This document shows positions 9,785 to 19,499 of a stretch of DNA of 64,000 bases, one piece after another. Source of the DNA: an uncultured archaeon (GTDB lineage: Archaea > Asgardarchaeota > Lokiarchaeia > Sigyniarchaeales > SOKP01); contig CAZWEM010000007.1 of assembly GCA_964632315.1 (NCBI GenBank), positions 16,571 to 80,570 of the forward strand, given 5' to 3'. Both the position numbers and the translations under genes were made by a program. Numbering within the stretch: position 1 is the first letter of the stretch; each line of letters begins with the position of its first letter. Under the pieces are notes generated by a model that saw only the letters and a program-made list of their open reading frames with translations, was not told the origin of the DNA and did no database searches.

Positions 9785-10996
9785 TTATAATTTATTTAAT
9801 AGAGATTTTACTTGAATTGCGATTGCTTTTGCCATCAAGGGCGGAACAGCATTTCCAATTTGTTTTAAAATAGCACTTTTTGTTCCTTGAAATGTGAAAT
9901 CTTCATTAAAAGATTGTAATGCAGCCAGTTCTCGAGGAGTACAAACTCGATCCAATTTATAGTGGATGAATACTCCTCCATGGTTTTCTTTAACCGTTCT
10001 TGCTGGCTTATTCGGTATTAATCTCCACCAAGCATCACTATAATTTTTATATAGATTTTCTCCTTGTTTAACTTTCTTAATTCTTTTGATAAATTCCTCA
10101 GAATGACGAGTAAAATTGTGATTCTTCTCGGGATTTTCTGGCCAAGTTTCATAATGTCTTAATACATCGGATGCAGAAATCCAAAGTGAAAGAGGTTTTT
10201 CTCGAGTAAATTCATTTATAGATTTTTGTGTTTTGCCTTCTCTATGAGTTTTTTTTGGAAATTTTATTTCTAAATTAGGATGATGTGTACCTATAAAAAT
10301 GACTCTTTCTCTGGTTTGAGCGACTCCAAAATCGGCTGAATTTAATACTCTCCATTTTACACGGTAATTGATATCTTCAAACTCATGAATAATCTTATCA
10401 ACTAAGGGGATTAGGTGTGATTCTACCCCTTTATTAATCGTAGATATATTCAGAGTCAATTCGTCAAATTCTTCTTTCTCTTCTAGTTCAAACTCTCTTT
10501 GAGCACCATATCTTTTAAGATCTTTATATCGCTGTAGTTTTGAACAATTAGTTTGGAAATCACTCTTCTGATCATTCGTTAAATTCGGATCAACGTGTTT
10601 CATATGGATTAATCCCTTTACATTTTCCATTATAAAAATGTCTGGCTTTACATGTTTAATTACATCGACAAATTCCAAGTATAATTGACCTCTAGGATCA
10701 TCGGGATTTCGATTACCCGCAATACTATATGCTTGACAAGGAGGCCCTCCAATTATTACATTTATTTTCCTTGATTGAATTTGATTAAAAAGTTTCTTTT
10801 TAATTTCGGGATTCCTGATATCCCCTTCAATCATTTTTGTTTTTTTATGATTATATTCATATGTTTCTACAGCGGGGTGCCAATATTCATTTGCTGCAAC
10901 CACCTCAAAACCAGCTTTAATAAATCCTTGACTAAAACCTCCACATCCAGCAAACAGATCAATTACTGTAAAATTATTCTTTGTCAGAAGTACCAC
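9785..10996 (-). CDS. DNA (cytosine-5)-methyltransferase
   Basis: DLFAGCGG (I), GGPPCQ (IV), ENVKG (VI), QTRER (VIII), RELAALQSF (IX), QIGNAVP (X). Start uncertain (GTG 10996 or CTG 10987); overlaps the upstream glycosylase stop. Confidence 0.95.
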   Translation of the reverse strand: MVLLTKNNFTVIDLFAGCGGFSQGFIKAGFEVVAANEYWHPAVETYEYNHKKTKMIEGDIRNPEIKKKLFNQIQSRKINVIIGGPPCQAYSIAGNRNPDDPRGQLYLEFVDVIKHVKPDIFIMENVKGLIHMKHVDPNLTNDQKSDFQTNCSKLQRYKDLKRYGAQREFELEEKEEFDELTLNISTINKGVESHLIPLVDKIIHEFEDINYRVKWRVLNSADFGVAQTRERVIFIGTHHPNLEIKFPKKTHREGKTQKSINEFTREKPLSLWISASDVLRHYETWPENPEKNHNFTRHSEEFIKRIKKVKQGENLYKNYSDAWWRLIPNKPARTVKENHGGVFIHYKLDRVCTPRELAALQSFNEDFTFQGTKSAILKQIGNAVPPLMAKAIAIQVKSLLNKL

Positions 10997-11636
10997 CTTG
11001 ATAATAATCACAAAAATCACATAAAGGACATTCATCACATCTTGGATTTCTTGGTAGACAGAGTAATGCTGCGAAGTCTAATATAGCATAATTGAAACTC
11101 TTAAAATATTTATCAGGTATGATTTCTTGCATTCGTTCCGTTAACTTTTTATCTCTTGAAGGCGCCCCTTTTACGGGAAATGAGTAAATTCTTTTCATTA
11201 TTCTTCCTACATTTGCATCAATAATTGGGACTTTAATGTTAAAAGCAAAGCAAAGTAAAGCGTTAGCAATATAATCTCCTACTCCTGGTAATTCAAGAAG
11301 TTGCTTTTTACTTTTGGGAATTGTATTATTATCGCTGATGATCATCTCAGTAAGCTTTTTCAAATCTCGAGCTCTTCTATTGTATAAACCAAGAGGTTTA
11401 AGTAAATCTGACAAAAAAGATTCTTCTAATTCGCTTATACTAAGAGGATTGGGATATTTATCAATAAAATCAGGAAAAATCTTCTCCACTTGTGCTGCAT
11501 TTGTCTTTTGAAGCATTAATTCTGCCATTAGTAATTGAAATGGCGTTAAATTTTCATTCCGCCAAGGAAATTCACGTTTGTTGGTTTTATACCATTTCAG
11601 CAGTGCTTTAACAAAAGTCTTATCTTTATCTTCCAT
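10974..11636 (-). CDS. HhH-GPD DNA glycosylase with [4Fe-4S] cluster, MIG/TDG (T:G mismatch)-like
   Basis: REFPWR, ELMLQKT, LPGVGDY (HhH), DANVGR, CLPRNPRCDECPLCDFC. No MutY C-terminal domain. Confidence 0.85.
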   Translation of the reverse strand: MEDKDKTFVKALLKWYKTNKREFPWRNENLTPFQLLMAELMLQKTNAAQVEKIFPDFIDKYPNPLSISELEESFLSDLLKPLGLYNRRARDLKKLTEMIISDNNTIPKSKKQLLELPGVGDYIANALLCFAFNIKVPIIDANVGRIMKRIYSFPVKGAPSRDKKLTERMQEIIPDKYFKSFNYAILDFAALLCLPRNPRCDECPLCDFCDYYQGGTSDKE

Positions 11637-11704
11637 TTTTTATTGAAAATTATACAAAATCGTAGCTATATCTATTTAATTTACTTTAATAAAATATTTT
11701 GTTA

Positions 11705-12364
11705 TTAATTGTTTGACTTCTTACTCGCAACTACAGTTATCCAGCCTTCTTCGACGTTTTCATATATTCTAACGTTTGAAAATCCAGCTTCTGTCAAGAG
11801 TTTCTCAAATTGACTGGGATTGTGGAGCTCAAAATTGCATAACTCTGCCCACTTTCGAGTATTTTCCATTTTCTCTGGATTTTCACATTCATACATTTCA
11901 TTTACTAAGAGAAAAATTGCGTCTTCACTCATCACTCTCAAAACTTCCTTCAAATCGTTTATTAAATCAGGCCAAAAATAGTAGGTTTCGAAAGCAGTAA
12001 CTAAATTAAATTTATTATCATCATATGGAATTGCAGAAACAGTTCCCTTTTTAATCTCGACGATCCCATTTTTAATGTATTCCTTATTTAGTTCTGAGCT
12101 AACTTTCACAGAAGTATCTGAATAATCTATCCCGAACACTTTACCCTCATGAATTGATTTTGCGAATCTATAGATGTTACGTCCCCCGCCACAACCAATA
12201 TCTAATATTTGATAATCTTCCTCAATTTTTATGTGAGTCAATCCCCATCTTGCTAAAGATTCATGATGATCATTCATCTCTTTTGCAATTTTTCTGCCAA
12301 AAATCCCTTGAGGCTTACGGACGTTTTCTGCAATTTTACGTTCTTTTCTCATTTTATTACTCAA
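11705..12364 (-). CDS. Class I SAM-dependent methyltransferase
   Basis: ILDIGCGGG, GIDYS, AFETYYFWPD. Confidence 0.9.
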   Translation of the reverse strand: MSNKMRKERKIAENVRKPQGIFGRKIAKEMNDHHESLARWGLTHIKIEEDYQILDIGCGGGRNIYRFAKSIHEGKVFGIDYSDTSVKVSSELNKEYIKNGIVEIKKGTVSAIPYDDNKFNLVTAFETYYFWPDLINDLKEVLRVMSEDAIFLLVNEMYECENPEKMENTRKWAELCNFELHNPSQFEKLLTEAGFSNVRIYENVEEGWITVVASKKSNN

Positions 12365-12458
12365 TTGATGGAATAGGGATTGTTTTATGAATTTTATTCA
12401 TAATATTTAAAATAAAATGCTTTTTAGATTAGAAATAACATTTAGAAAAAGATTAAAA

Positions 12459-13028
12459 ATGAAAAAGAAAGAAATACATGTCGGACCATACTTATATCCA
12501 ATGCCTGTAGTTTTAGTTGGTGCTAATGTAGATAAAAGGGCAAATTTCATGCCTATAGCATGGGTAAGTATCGTTGAGCATAAACCTCCAATGATCTCTA
12601 TCTCTGCAAATCAAAATCATTATACTAATAAAGGAATCGAAGAAAATAAGGCTTTCAGTATTAACACTCCTGATGAAAATATGATAATTCCCATGGATTA
12701 TTGTGGATTAAAATCTGGAAAAGAAACGGATAAATCCTCCGTTTTTGAAGTATTCTATGGAGAATCCAAGAATGTTCCAATGATTAAAGAATCCCCTCTA
12801 AATTTGGAATGTGAAGTTGTTCATAGCTATGATACACAGAAAGGGCATTCAATATTTATAGGTGAAATAAAACATGCCTATGCTGATGAGGATGTTTTAC
12901 ATAATGGAATACCAGAAATTTCAAAATTGAATCCAATTATATTTTCCATGAATGATAATAATTATTGGAAAGTAGGCAAACATCTAGGACGTGCTTGGTC
13001 AATTGGTAAAAATTTTGAACTAAAATAA
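12459..13028 (+). CDS. Flavin reductase / flavoredoxin family protein
   Basis: YPMPVVLVG, DYCGLKSG, PMIKESPLNLEC, HSIFIGEI. Confidence 0.9.
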   Translation: MKKKEIHVGPYLYPMPVVLVGANVDKRANFMPIAWVSIVEHKPPMISISANQNHYTNKGIEENKAFSINTPDENMIIPMDYCGLKSGKETDKSSVFEVFYGESKNVPMIKESPLNLECEVVHSYDTQKGHSIFIGEIKHAYADEDVLHNGIPEISKLNPIIFSMNDNNYWKVGKHLGRAWSIGKNFELK

Positions 13029-13035
13029 AAGGTTA

Positions 13036-13770
13036 TTACCGAAATTTAATTTTACCTTTTTGTATTAGCCCTTTGCTTAGTAAAATGTCTATTTCTCCGT
13101 TAAGCCAACATAATTCATCGTAAGTAATTGAGGAGTTGAAAATCTCTTCTGCTTTTTTGCGAATATCATCTAAAGTTGCCATCCCAAGAGAGATACGTTC
13201 AATTTTTTCAGCTAAAAACCAGCATAATTCATCATAACTAAAATTCTTTAAAGAAGTGAAATAAGCTGCTTCTTGAATTTGAGCTTCAAATTCTGTCGAT
13301 TTATCCTCATACATATCTTCCGTGATATCTGAAATAGATTTTCGGTGTAGCCTCTGTTGTTCTAGCCAAGCAAGAATTTGATATTCGGATTTATCACGAA
13401 TTTCTTTAGATTTCAATTCAATTTCCTTTTCTCCATGTTTCATTTGCATGTTCAGTTTCATTTCAGCTCTTCTCTCCATATGTTTACCCGGAATTAACCC
13501 CTTTTTCAAATCCTCCATCATGGCTAAAAAAGATCCGTATTCTCGATTTTGCTTCATTACTAGTATTCTGATTTTGCCAGATTGTTCTCGTTCAATCTGT
13601 CTGGCAAATTCTGCACCATATTCTTTCTTTTTCTCTGATGAATTAACTCCTGCCCAGATATAAACCGTATTTTCTTCAATATCATCAATTACATATATTT
13701 CATTATCCTTAAACTCTAACTTATAGATTTCAACGAATTCTCCATTATTATTGATTCTATATAACCTCAT
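13036..13770 (-). CDS. Gelsolin-like domain protein with C-terminal tandem-repeat domain (Asgard 1DGelX-type)
   Basis: N-terminal F..NEIYVID...VYIWAGVNSS..KK...A...Q.RE..SF follows the gelsolin-repeat pattern. C-terminal YDELCW motif occurs twice. Confidence 0.7.
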   Translation of the reverse strand: MRLYRINNNGEFVEIYKLEFKDNEIYVIDDIEENTVYIWAGVNSSEKKKEYGAEFARQIEREQSGKIRILVMKQNREYGSFLAMMEDLKKGLIPGKHMERRAEMKLNMQMKHGEKEIELKSKEIRDKSEYQILAWLEQQRLHRKSISDITEDMYEDKSTEFEAQIQEAAYFTSLKNFSYDELCWFLAEKIERISLGMATLDDIRKKAEEIFNSSITYDELCWLNGEIDILLSKGLIQKGKIKFR

Positions 13771-13955
13771 TGGACATCTATATCATAAATATTTACTATT
13801 ATTGAATTAAATCTTTTTTAGTTATAAAAAGTATTTCTTTATTTTTAGAGAACGTATATATACCATTTAATTAAAAAAGCTTCACAGTCTCATGGATTGT
13901 TTTTATATTTTCATTTGAAATAATATTATAGTTTAAATTTTGAGTTTGATTTTGA

Positions 13956-16112
13956 TTGATAATGCCTTCTCAAAAAGAAAATTCAGAAGAAAAATTTACT
14001 TTTGAGTTTTATGATGAAGAATATGCCAATAGTTTGGAAGACGAAGATGTAGAAGTATTTGAAGATTATAATGAAGTAAATTTTGAGAAGGATTTAAATG
14101 ATGAACAATTGGCAATTGTAAATGATTTAAAAGGGCCAATGTTAGTCATTGCGGGTGCAGGTTCGGGAAAAACACGCACTATCGTTTATTCTGTTGCTAA
14201 ATTATTAGTGTCAGGGATCAAACCAAGCGAAATTATGCTAGTAACATTTACAAATAAAGCGGCTAATGAAATGATCGAGAGAGTGAAAGTTCTTCTTGGA
14301 AAGAAACCAAAGGGAATATGGGCAGGAACATTTCATGCATTAGCTAATAGATTTCTAAGGAAGTATGCTAAAACACTCGGATTAAAATCAAATTACACTA
14401 TAATGGATGAAACTGATTCAAAAGCTTTAATGAAAATTGTAATTAGCCAATCCAATACAAAAGAATTAGAAGAAAGATTTCCCACTCCAGCAATGACTAA
14501 AGCAATTTTATCATATTCAATTAACTGTAATAAATCTATCAAAGAAGTTATCCAGTGGCGATACAATCAGTTTGATAATGAAAAAATTATCATGAAACTG
14601 AAGGAGGTCTTTAGAAAATATGCTTCAAAAAAAGCTGAAGATAACCTAGTGGACTTTGATGATTTGCTAGTATTTTGGAATAGCCTTTTAGATGAAAGAA
14701 ATGTTGCGAGATTAATAGCTAAAAGGATTAAATACGTGTTAGTCGATGAGTATCAAGATACCAATTACATACAAGATGAGATCATTCATAAAATAGTTAA
14801 ACAAAATCCTACTCAAAATGTTATGGTAGTAGGAGATGATGCACAAAGCATTTATGCATTTCGTGGTGCAAACTATGAAAATATTCTAAATTTTTCAAAA
14901 AAATATGAGAATTGTAAAACGAGAGCAATTACATACAATTATCGGAGCATTCCTGAAATTCTTAAACTTGCAAATAATTCAATCATTCATAATAAAAAGC
15001 AATACAAGAAGCAAATGCAACCTACTCGTTCTAATGGAATGAAACCATTCCAAGTAGATGTCGAAGATGATAAAACCCAAGCTAGGTTTATCGTCAATCA
15101 AATTTTGAAATTACGTTCTGAAGGAATTAAGCTAGAAGATATGGCAATACTCATTCGTGCGGGTCATCATTCAATGAAAATCGAGTTAGAGCTCCAAGAA
15201 AAGAACATACCATATGAAGTAAGAGCAGGAGTAGCATTTTTTGAAAAAGCACATATAAAAGATATGATTGCGCATCTTCATATTATTGAAAACCCGTATG
15301 ATGAGATTTCTTGGTCTCGAATTTTTAATATTATACCTGGAATAGGTACTAAATCAGCATCAAAAATTTTCAAAGCTATTTCTCAAACAGAAAATCCAAT
15401 TCAATCTGCTGCAGATCCCCTATTCTTTGAGCAAAAGCTTAAGGGATCAAGGATCTCACATCAAGGTAAAAAAAATATCATTAGCCACATGAAAAATCTT
15501 AAAGGATTCAGTTTAAATGACGAACCACCTAACGTCATTAAAAATTTGATTAAGCTTCTTGAGAATCATTTAAAAAATAACTATGATAATTGGCAAGAGA
15601 GGATTGAAGATTTAAATCAACTAAGTGTTTATGCTCAAAATTTTGAATCAATCAGGAAATTGCTTGAGACTTTGAGTTTAAATGGTTCAAATCTTGAATC
15701 AAAAACAGTTCTAATGGGAGATCAATCTGAAGAAGAGAACCCATTAGTAATATCAACCATCCATCGAGCTAAAGGGTTAGAATGGAGAGTAGTTTTTATT
15801 CCAATGTTAAGTCAAGATTACTTTCCATCAAGTCAAGTTATTGGTGATCAAGATGCATTAGAAGAAGAAAGAAGAGTGTTTTATGTAGCAGTGACCAGAG
15901 CAAAAGACCAATTATACCTCATTTCCCCAGCATTAATCCAATCTTTTGGAGGAAATCAGATTGCTAGATTATCTCAATTCATTTTTGAGTTAAATCCAAA
16001 TGTTTATAGAGAATCCAATGTCAGATTTAAATCAAAGTTAAATTCCCCTACCCGAGACAGAGGATCTCTCTTTAAGTCAGCAAAAGATTTGTTAGATGAA
16101 AAAAATAATTGA
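13956..16112 (+). CDS. uvrD: UvrD/PcrA family ATP-dependent DNA helicase
   Basis: AGAGSGKT, VTFTNKAA, GTFH, VDEYQD, VGDDAQSIY, NYRS, TIHRAKGLE, EERRVFYVAVTRAK. Confidence 0.95.
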   Translation: MIMPSQKENSEEKFTFEFYDEEYANSLEDEDVEVFEDYNEVNFEKDLNDEQLAIVNDLKGPMLVIAGAGSGKTRTIVYSVAKLLVSGIKPSEIMLVTFTNKAANEMIERVKVLLGKKPKGIWAGTFHALANRFLRKYAKTLGLKSNYTIMDETDSKALMKIVISQSNTKELEERFPTPAMTKAILSYSINCNKSIKEVIQWRYNQFDNEKIIMKLKEVFRKYASKKAEDNLVDFDDLLVFWNSLLDERNVARLIAKRIKYVLVDEYQDTNYIQDEIIHKIVKQNPTQNVMVVGDDAQSIYAFRGANYENILNFSKKYENCKTRAITYNYRSIPEILKLANNSIIHNKKQYKKQMQPTRSNGMKPFQVDVEDDKTQARFIVNQILKLRSEGIKLEDMAILIRAGHHSMKIELELQEKNIPYEVRAGVAFFEKAHIKDMIAHLHIIENPYDEISWSRIFNIIPGIGTKSASKIFKAISQTENPIQSAADPLFFEQKLKGSRISHQGKKNIISHMKNLKGFSLNDEPPNVIKNLIKLLENHLKNNYDNWQERIEDLNQLSVYAQNFESIRKLLETLSLNGSNLESKTVLMGDQSEEENPLVISTIHRAKGLEWRVVFIPMLSQDYFPSSQVIGDQDALEEERRVFYVAVTRAKDQLYLISPALIQSFGGNQIARLSQFIFELNPNVYRESNVRFKSKLNSPTRDRGSLFKSAKDLLDEKNN

Positions 16113-16163
16113 AAATACTAATCCTATTTAATTTCACCAAGGATTGTTCAAAAATTAGATCCC

Positions 16164-16595
16164 TTATTTTAAATATGATTCTAAACTTGATGCTCGGTAT
16201 TTCGCTGCTTTTTTAAGAAGATTTTTACTGTTTTTAAAACTTGCCCGCTTTATGGCGTCCTCAAGCCTTAACCATGCATAATCCACATGCTCATAACTAA
16301 TCCTTACTTCTTTTGTATGAGACCGGATTAAATAACACTTTACCCTTTTATGAATTTTTTCCCCTTTAAAATTAAAATAATACTCGTAATCTTCTTGGAA
16401 TCCTTTAATTATGGTTGCATCAGTAATTCCAGATTCCTCCTCTAATTCTCTTAATATGGTCTCTTCATCTGATTCTCCTTTCTCTTTATGACCTTTTACA
16501 AATCCCCAATGACCTAATCCATATTTAAGTAATAAATACTCCTCTCCATTATAAACTACTGCCGCTACAGAAAACTCTTCTTTCATAAGGATCAT
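16164..16595 (-). CDS. NUDIX hydrolase, bis(5'-nucleosyl)-tetraphosphatase-like
   Basis: HWGFVKGHKEKGE..ETILRELEEESG Nudix box, plus SYEH. Confidence 0.85.
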   Translation of the reverse strand: MILMKEEFSVAAVVYNGEEYLLLKYGLGHWGFVKGHKEKGESDEETILRELEEESGITDATIIKGFQEDYEYYFNFKGEKIHKRVKCYLIRSHTKEVRISYEHVDYAWLRLEDAIKRASFKNSKNLLKKAAKYRASSLESYLK

Positions 16596-16598
16596 CGG

Positions 16599-17609
16599 CT
16601 ATTTTAAAATCGACTTAAAAACTCGAATAAAATTCTCTCCTGCTATTTTTTTTATTTCTTTTTTAGTGAAACCTCTTTTCTTTAGAGATTTAAAAATTTG
16701 AGAAAACTCTGAAACGTTTGCTAAGATTCTAGGATATTGTATTTGAATTGGATTTTCTCTCGCTTCTTCTGATGATGTATCAATAAGCTGTATGTTATCT
16801 TCAACAGCATAATCTAATAAATCAGCTCCAATTCCAATATATTCAATACCAACTAAATCTACTATATAATCAACATGATCTATTAATCTGTTAAGGGTTA
16901 CGTGCTCTGGATTTAAGTCAATGAAACCACCATAAAGATTCATTCCGATTACTCCTTCTTTATTTGCGATTGCTTCAATCTGATTATCTGTTAAATTTCT
17001 AACATTATTACAAATTGATTTTACGTTGGAATGTGAAGTTATACAAGGTACATCTATCGTTCTTATTACGTCCCAAAATAATGGACTTGAAGAATGAGAA
17101 AGATCGATAATAATCCCTATTTCCATCATTCTAGAAATTGCCTTTTTTCCAAAAGTAGTTAATCCTCTCGGATTTTTAACTCCTATTCCATCACCAATCT
17201 TATTTCTCTCATTATGAGTAAGAGTGATAAGCCTAATTCCTTTTTTATAAAATTTTGTAAGAAGGTTAAGGTTGGAACCAATCGATCCCGCTCCTTCTAA
17301 GGCTAAAACAAAACAAATTCTTTTAGATAATGCATCTAAATCAGTTCTCGTAGTAATTTGACGAAATATGTGAGATTTCGTTTCGATTTCAATATTAATA
17401 ATATCTATTATTTTAAAAATTACCTCAGCATTTCTTGAGTCTATTTGGGGATAAAAATCAAAATCTCCTCCAACGACTAAGCATTCAAGATTTACTCCTC
17501 CTTTTTTTAATCGATTCAGATGGACTCCTCCTAATATATCATAATTTCCTCTCTGATGTTCAAACATTACTTTGATTCCAAAATCGGAGTGACAATCTAC
17601 AACATTCAT
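16599..17609 (-). CDS. Membrane dipeptidase (peptidase M19) family
   Basis: DCHSD, LEG, TLTHN, DLSH, SHSN...RNLTD, IGIGAD. Confidence 0.9.
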   Translation of the reverse strand: MNVVDCHSDFGIKVMFEHQRGNYDILGGVHLNRLKKGGVNLECLVVGGDFDFYPQIDSRNAEVIFKIIDIINIEIETKSHIFRQITTRTDLDALSKRICFVLALEGAGSIGSNLNLLTKFYKKGIRLITLTHNERNKIGDGIGVKNPRGLTTFGKKAISRMMEIGIIIDLSHSSSPLFWDVIRTIDVPCITSHSNVKSICNNVRNLTDNQIEAIANKEGVIGMNLYGGFIDLNPEHVTLNRLIDHVDYIVDLVGIEYIGIGADLLDYAVEDNIQLIDTSSEEARENPIQIQYPRILANVSEFSQIFKSLKKRGFTKKEIKKIAGENFIRVFKSILK

Positions 17610-17620
17610 GGGGTGATCAT

Positions 17621-18685
17621 TTAATTCGGATTATTTTTCAACACTTTTTCAATTTTTTGAACTGCATACGCGATATCATCTTCATTTATTCCATAATGAG
17701 TCACGAATCTTATCCTTTTACGAGGTGATTCAATAAAAGCAAGTACTCCTTCTTCATATAAATGAGAAAGGATTTTATTTAAATCAATATCATTGGGAAA
17801 GTCAACCATAAGGATATTGGTTTCGGGTTCTTGAACCTGTATCGGGAACTTAATTTGTTTTAATCCTTCTGAAAGTAGTTTTGCATTATCATGATCTTCC
17901 TTTAATCTTTTAACCCAATTATCCTCAAGTGCAATTAAACCAAAAACAGCGATAATTCCTGCTTGACGCATTCCCCCACCTAACATTTTTCGAAACTTTC
18001 TCGCTTTATCAATAAATTCACTTGACCCTGCTACAATAGAACCAATCGGACAACTCAATCCCTTAGATAAACAGAACATTATGGAATCTACATTTTTAGT
18101 AAACTCTTTAACAGGTAAGTTAGAAGCAATTGAAGCATTGAATATCCTAGCTCCATCTAAGTGAAATCTTAATCCGTTATACTCAGAAAAACTTTTCATA
18201 TCTTCCAATTGAGAAGGGTAAATAATTCTTCCTCCATGGGCGTTATGTGTATTTTCAGCACATAATAAAGTAGTAGGAGGCTCGTGAATATCTTCTTTAT
18301 TACGGATTTTTAATTGAAGCTCATTCAATGAAGGAACTCCTGATTCAGTTAGATAAGTTCTGGTCATTAAACCTCCAATTCTTGCAGCGCTTCCCACCTC
18401 ATGAATAAAGATATGGCTTTCCTCTTCGACCAGAATTTCATTCCCTGGACGAGTGTGTGATAACAATGATACTAAATTTCCTTGAGTACCAGAAGTGACT
18501 AATAAAGACGCTTCTTTACCCATAATCTTTGCTGCTTTTTCTTCCAATTCATTTACTAATGGATCCTCTCTCATTACATCATCCCCAATTTTGGAATGAT
18601 CCAAATTTTTAACTGCTGTCCACATTTCTGGAGAGGGTTTTGTCACCGTATCAGAACGTAAGTCAATAATTCGCAAAAAGTACAC
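17621..18685 (-). CDS. ltaE: Low-specificity L-threonine aldolase (PLP)
   Basis: IDLRSDTVTKP, SGTQGN, ENTHN, HLDGARIFNA, CLSKGL. Confidence 0.93.
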   Translation of the reverse strand: MYFLRIIDLRSDTVTKPSPEMWTAVKNLDHSKIGDDVMREDPLVNELEEKAAKIMGKEASLLVTSGTQGNLVSLLSHTRPGNEILVEEESHIFIHEVGSAARIGGLMTRTYLTESGVPSLNELQLKIRNKEDIHEPPTTLLCAENTHNAHGGRIIYPSQLEDMKSFSEYNGLRFHLDGARIFNASIASNLPVKEFTKNVDSIMFCLSKGLSCPIGSIVAGSSEFIDKARKFRKMLGGGMRQAGIIAVFGLIALEDNWVKRLKEDHDNAKLLSEGLKQIKFPIQVQEPETNILMVDFPNDIDLNKILSHLYEEGVLAFIESPRKRIRFVTHYGINEDDIAYAVQKIEKVLKNNPN

Positions 18686-18871
18686 TTTACTCTTTAAAGT
18701 TAAGTTAATGAAAAAAACAGATTATTGTATTTAATTTTAAGTATTTTTATATTTTCTTTTATAATGCTAAAATTTTATAATAGTTTACTTTTATTATTTA
18801 AACGCTGGTAAATGTAGATTTAGACGTATCATAAATCAAGAAATTGAACATATAGGTATAAAAAAAGAATA

Positions 18872-19405
18872 ATGCATAGAAGTTCTCAGATTACTTGGAA
18901 AATCATTATTGTCGGAAATTCTGGTGTTGGTAAAACTACTTTACTACATCAATATTTATCTAAGAAATTTAAATCTAAAGCAGAAACTACTATTGGCTCT
19001 AACTTCTTTGTAAAATACTTAAACATCCCAGAAAAGAAAGAACTTATAGCACTTCAAGTATGGGATCTTGCTGGGCAAGAACGATTTAAATGGGTTCGAA
19101 ATGCATTCTATAAAGGGGCCAAAGGAATAGTTTATGTTTTTGATCTTACTGATAAAAATTCTTTTGATGTACTCATGAACTGGAAACACGAAGTTGAGAA
19201 CGTAATAGGGTTAATTCCATGTGTTTTAGTTGGGAACAAACTTGATCTGATTGACACTATCGATAGATCTATTGAAAATAATGAATCGGACTTTTTAAAA
19301 AGAGAACTTGGAGCCGTAGCTTACATTGAAACAAGTGCAAAATTGGGTACCAATGTTGAAGAAGCGTTTTATAATCTTGCCGTTGAACTTATTAAAAAGT
19401 ATTAA
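18872..19405 (+). CDS. Rab-like small GTPase (Ras superfamily)
   Basis: G1 GNSGVGKT, G2 TIG, G3 WDLAGQ, G4 NKLD, G5 ETSAK. No C-terminal Cys prenylation motif. Confidence 0.93.
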   Translation: MHRSSQITWKIIIVGNSGVGKTTLLHQYLSKKFKSKAETTIGSNFFVKYLNIPEKKELIALQVWDLAGQERFKWVRNAFYKGAKGIVYVFDLTDKNSFDVLMNWKHEVENVIGLIPCVLVGNKLDLIDTIDRSIENNESDFLKRELGAVAYIETSAKLGTNVEEAFYNLAVELIKKY

Positions 19406-19499
19406 TCTTAACTTTTTATAAATATCCTTGAAGAATGTATAAGTGAATTTTATAAACTATAATCAATTTCCTTAAAATTTATGGATTCGTGTAAAAATT

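Noticed and set aside
9060-12364. Complete type II restriction-modification or defence island
   Set aside because: The flanking genes are small-molecule class I methyltransferases; no nuclease-like ORF is present.
13956-16112. UvrD helicase as part of a defence system (e.g. Gabija)
   Set aside because: It is a full-length PcrA-like protein among housekeeping genes with no OLD/TOPRIM nuclease neighbour.
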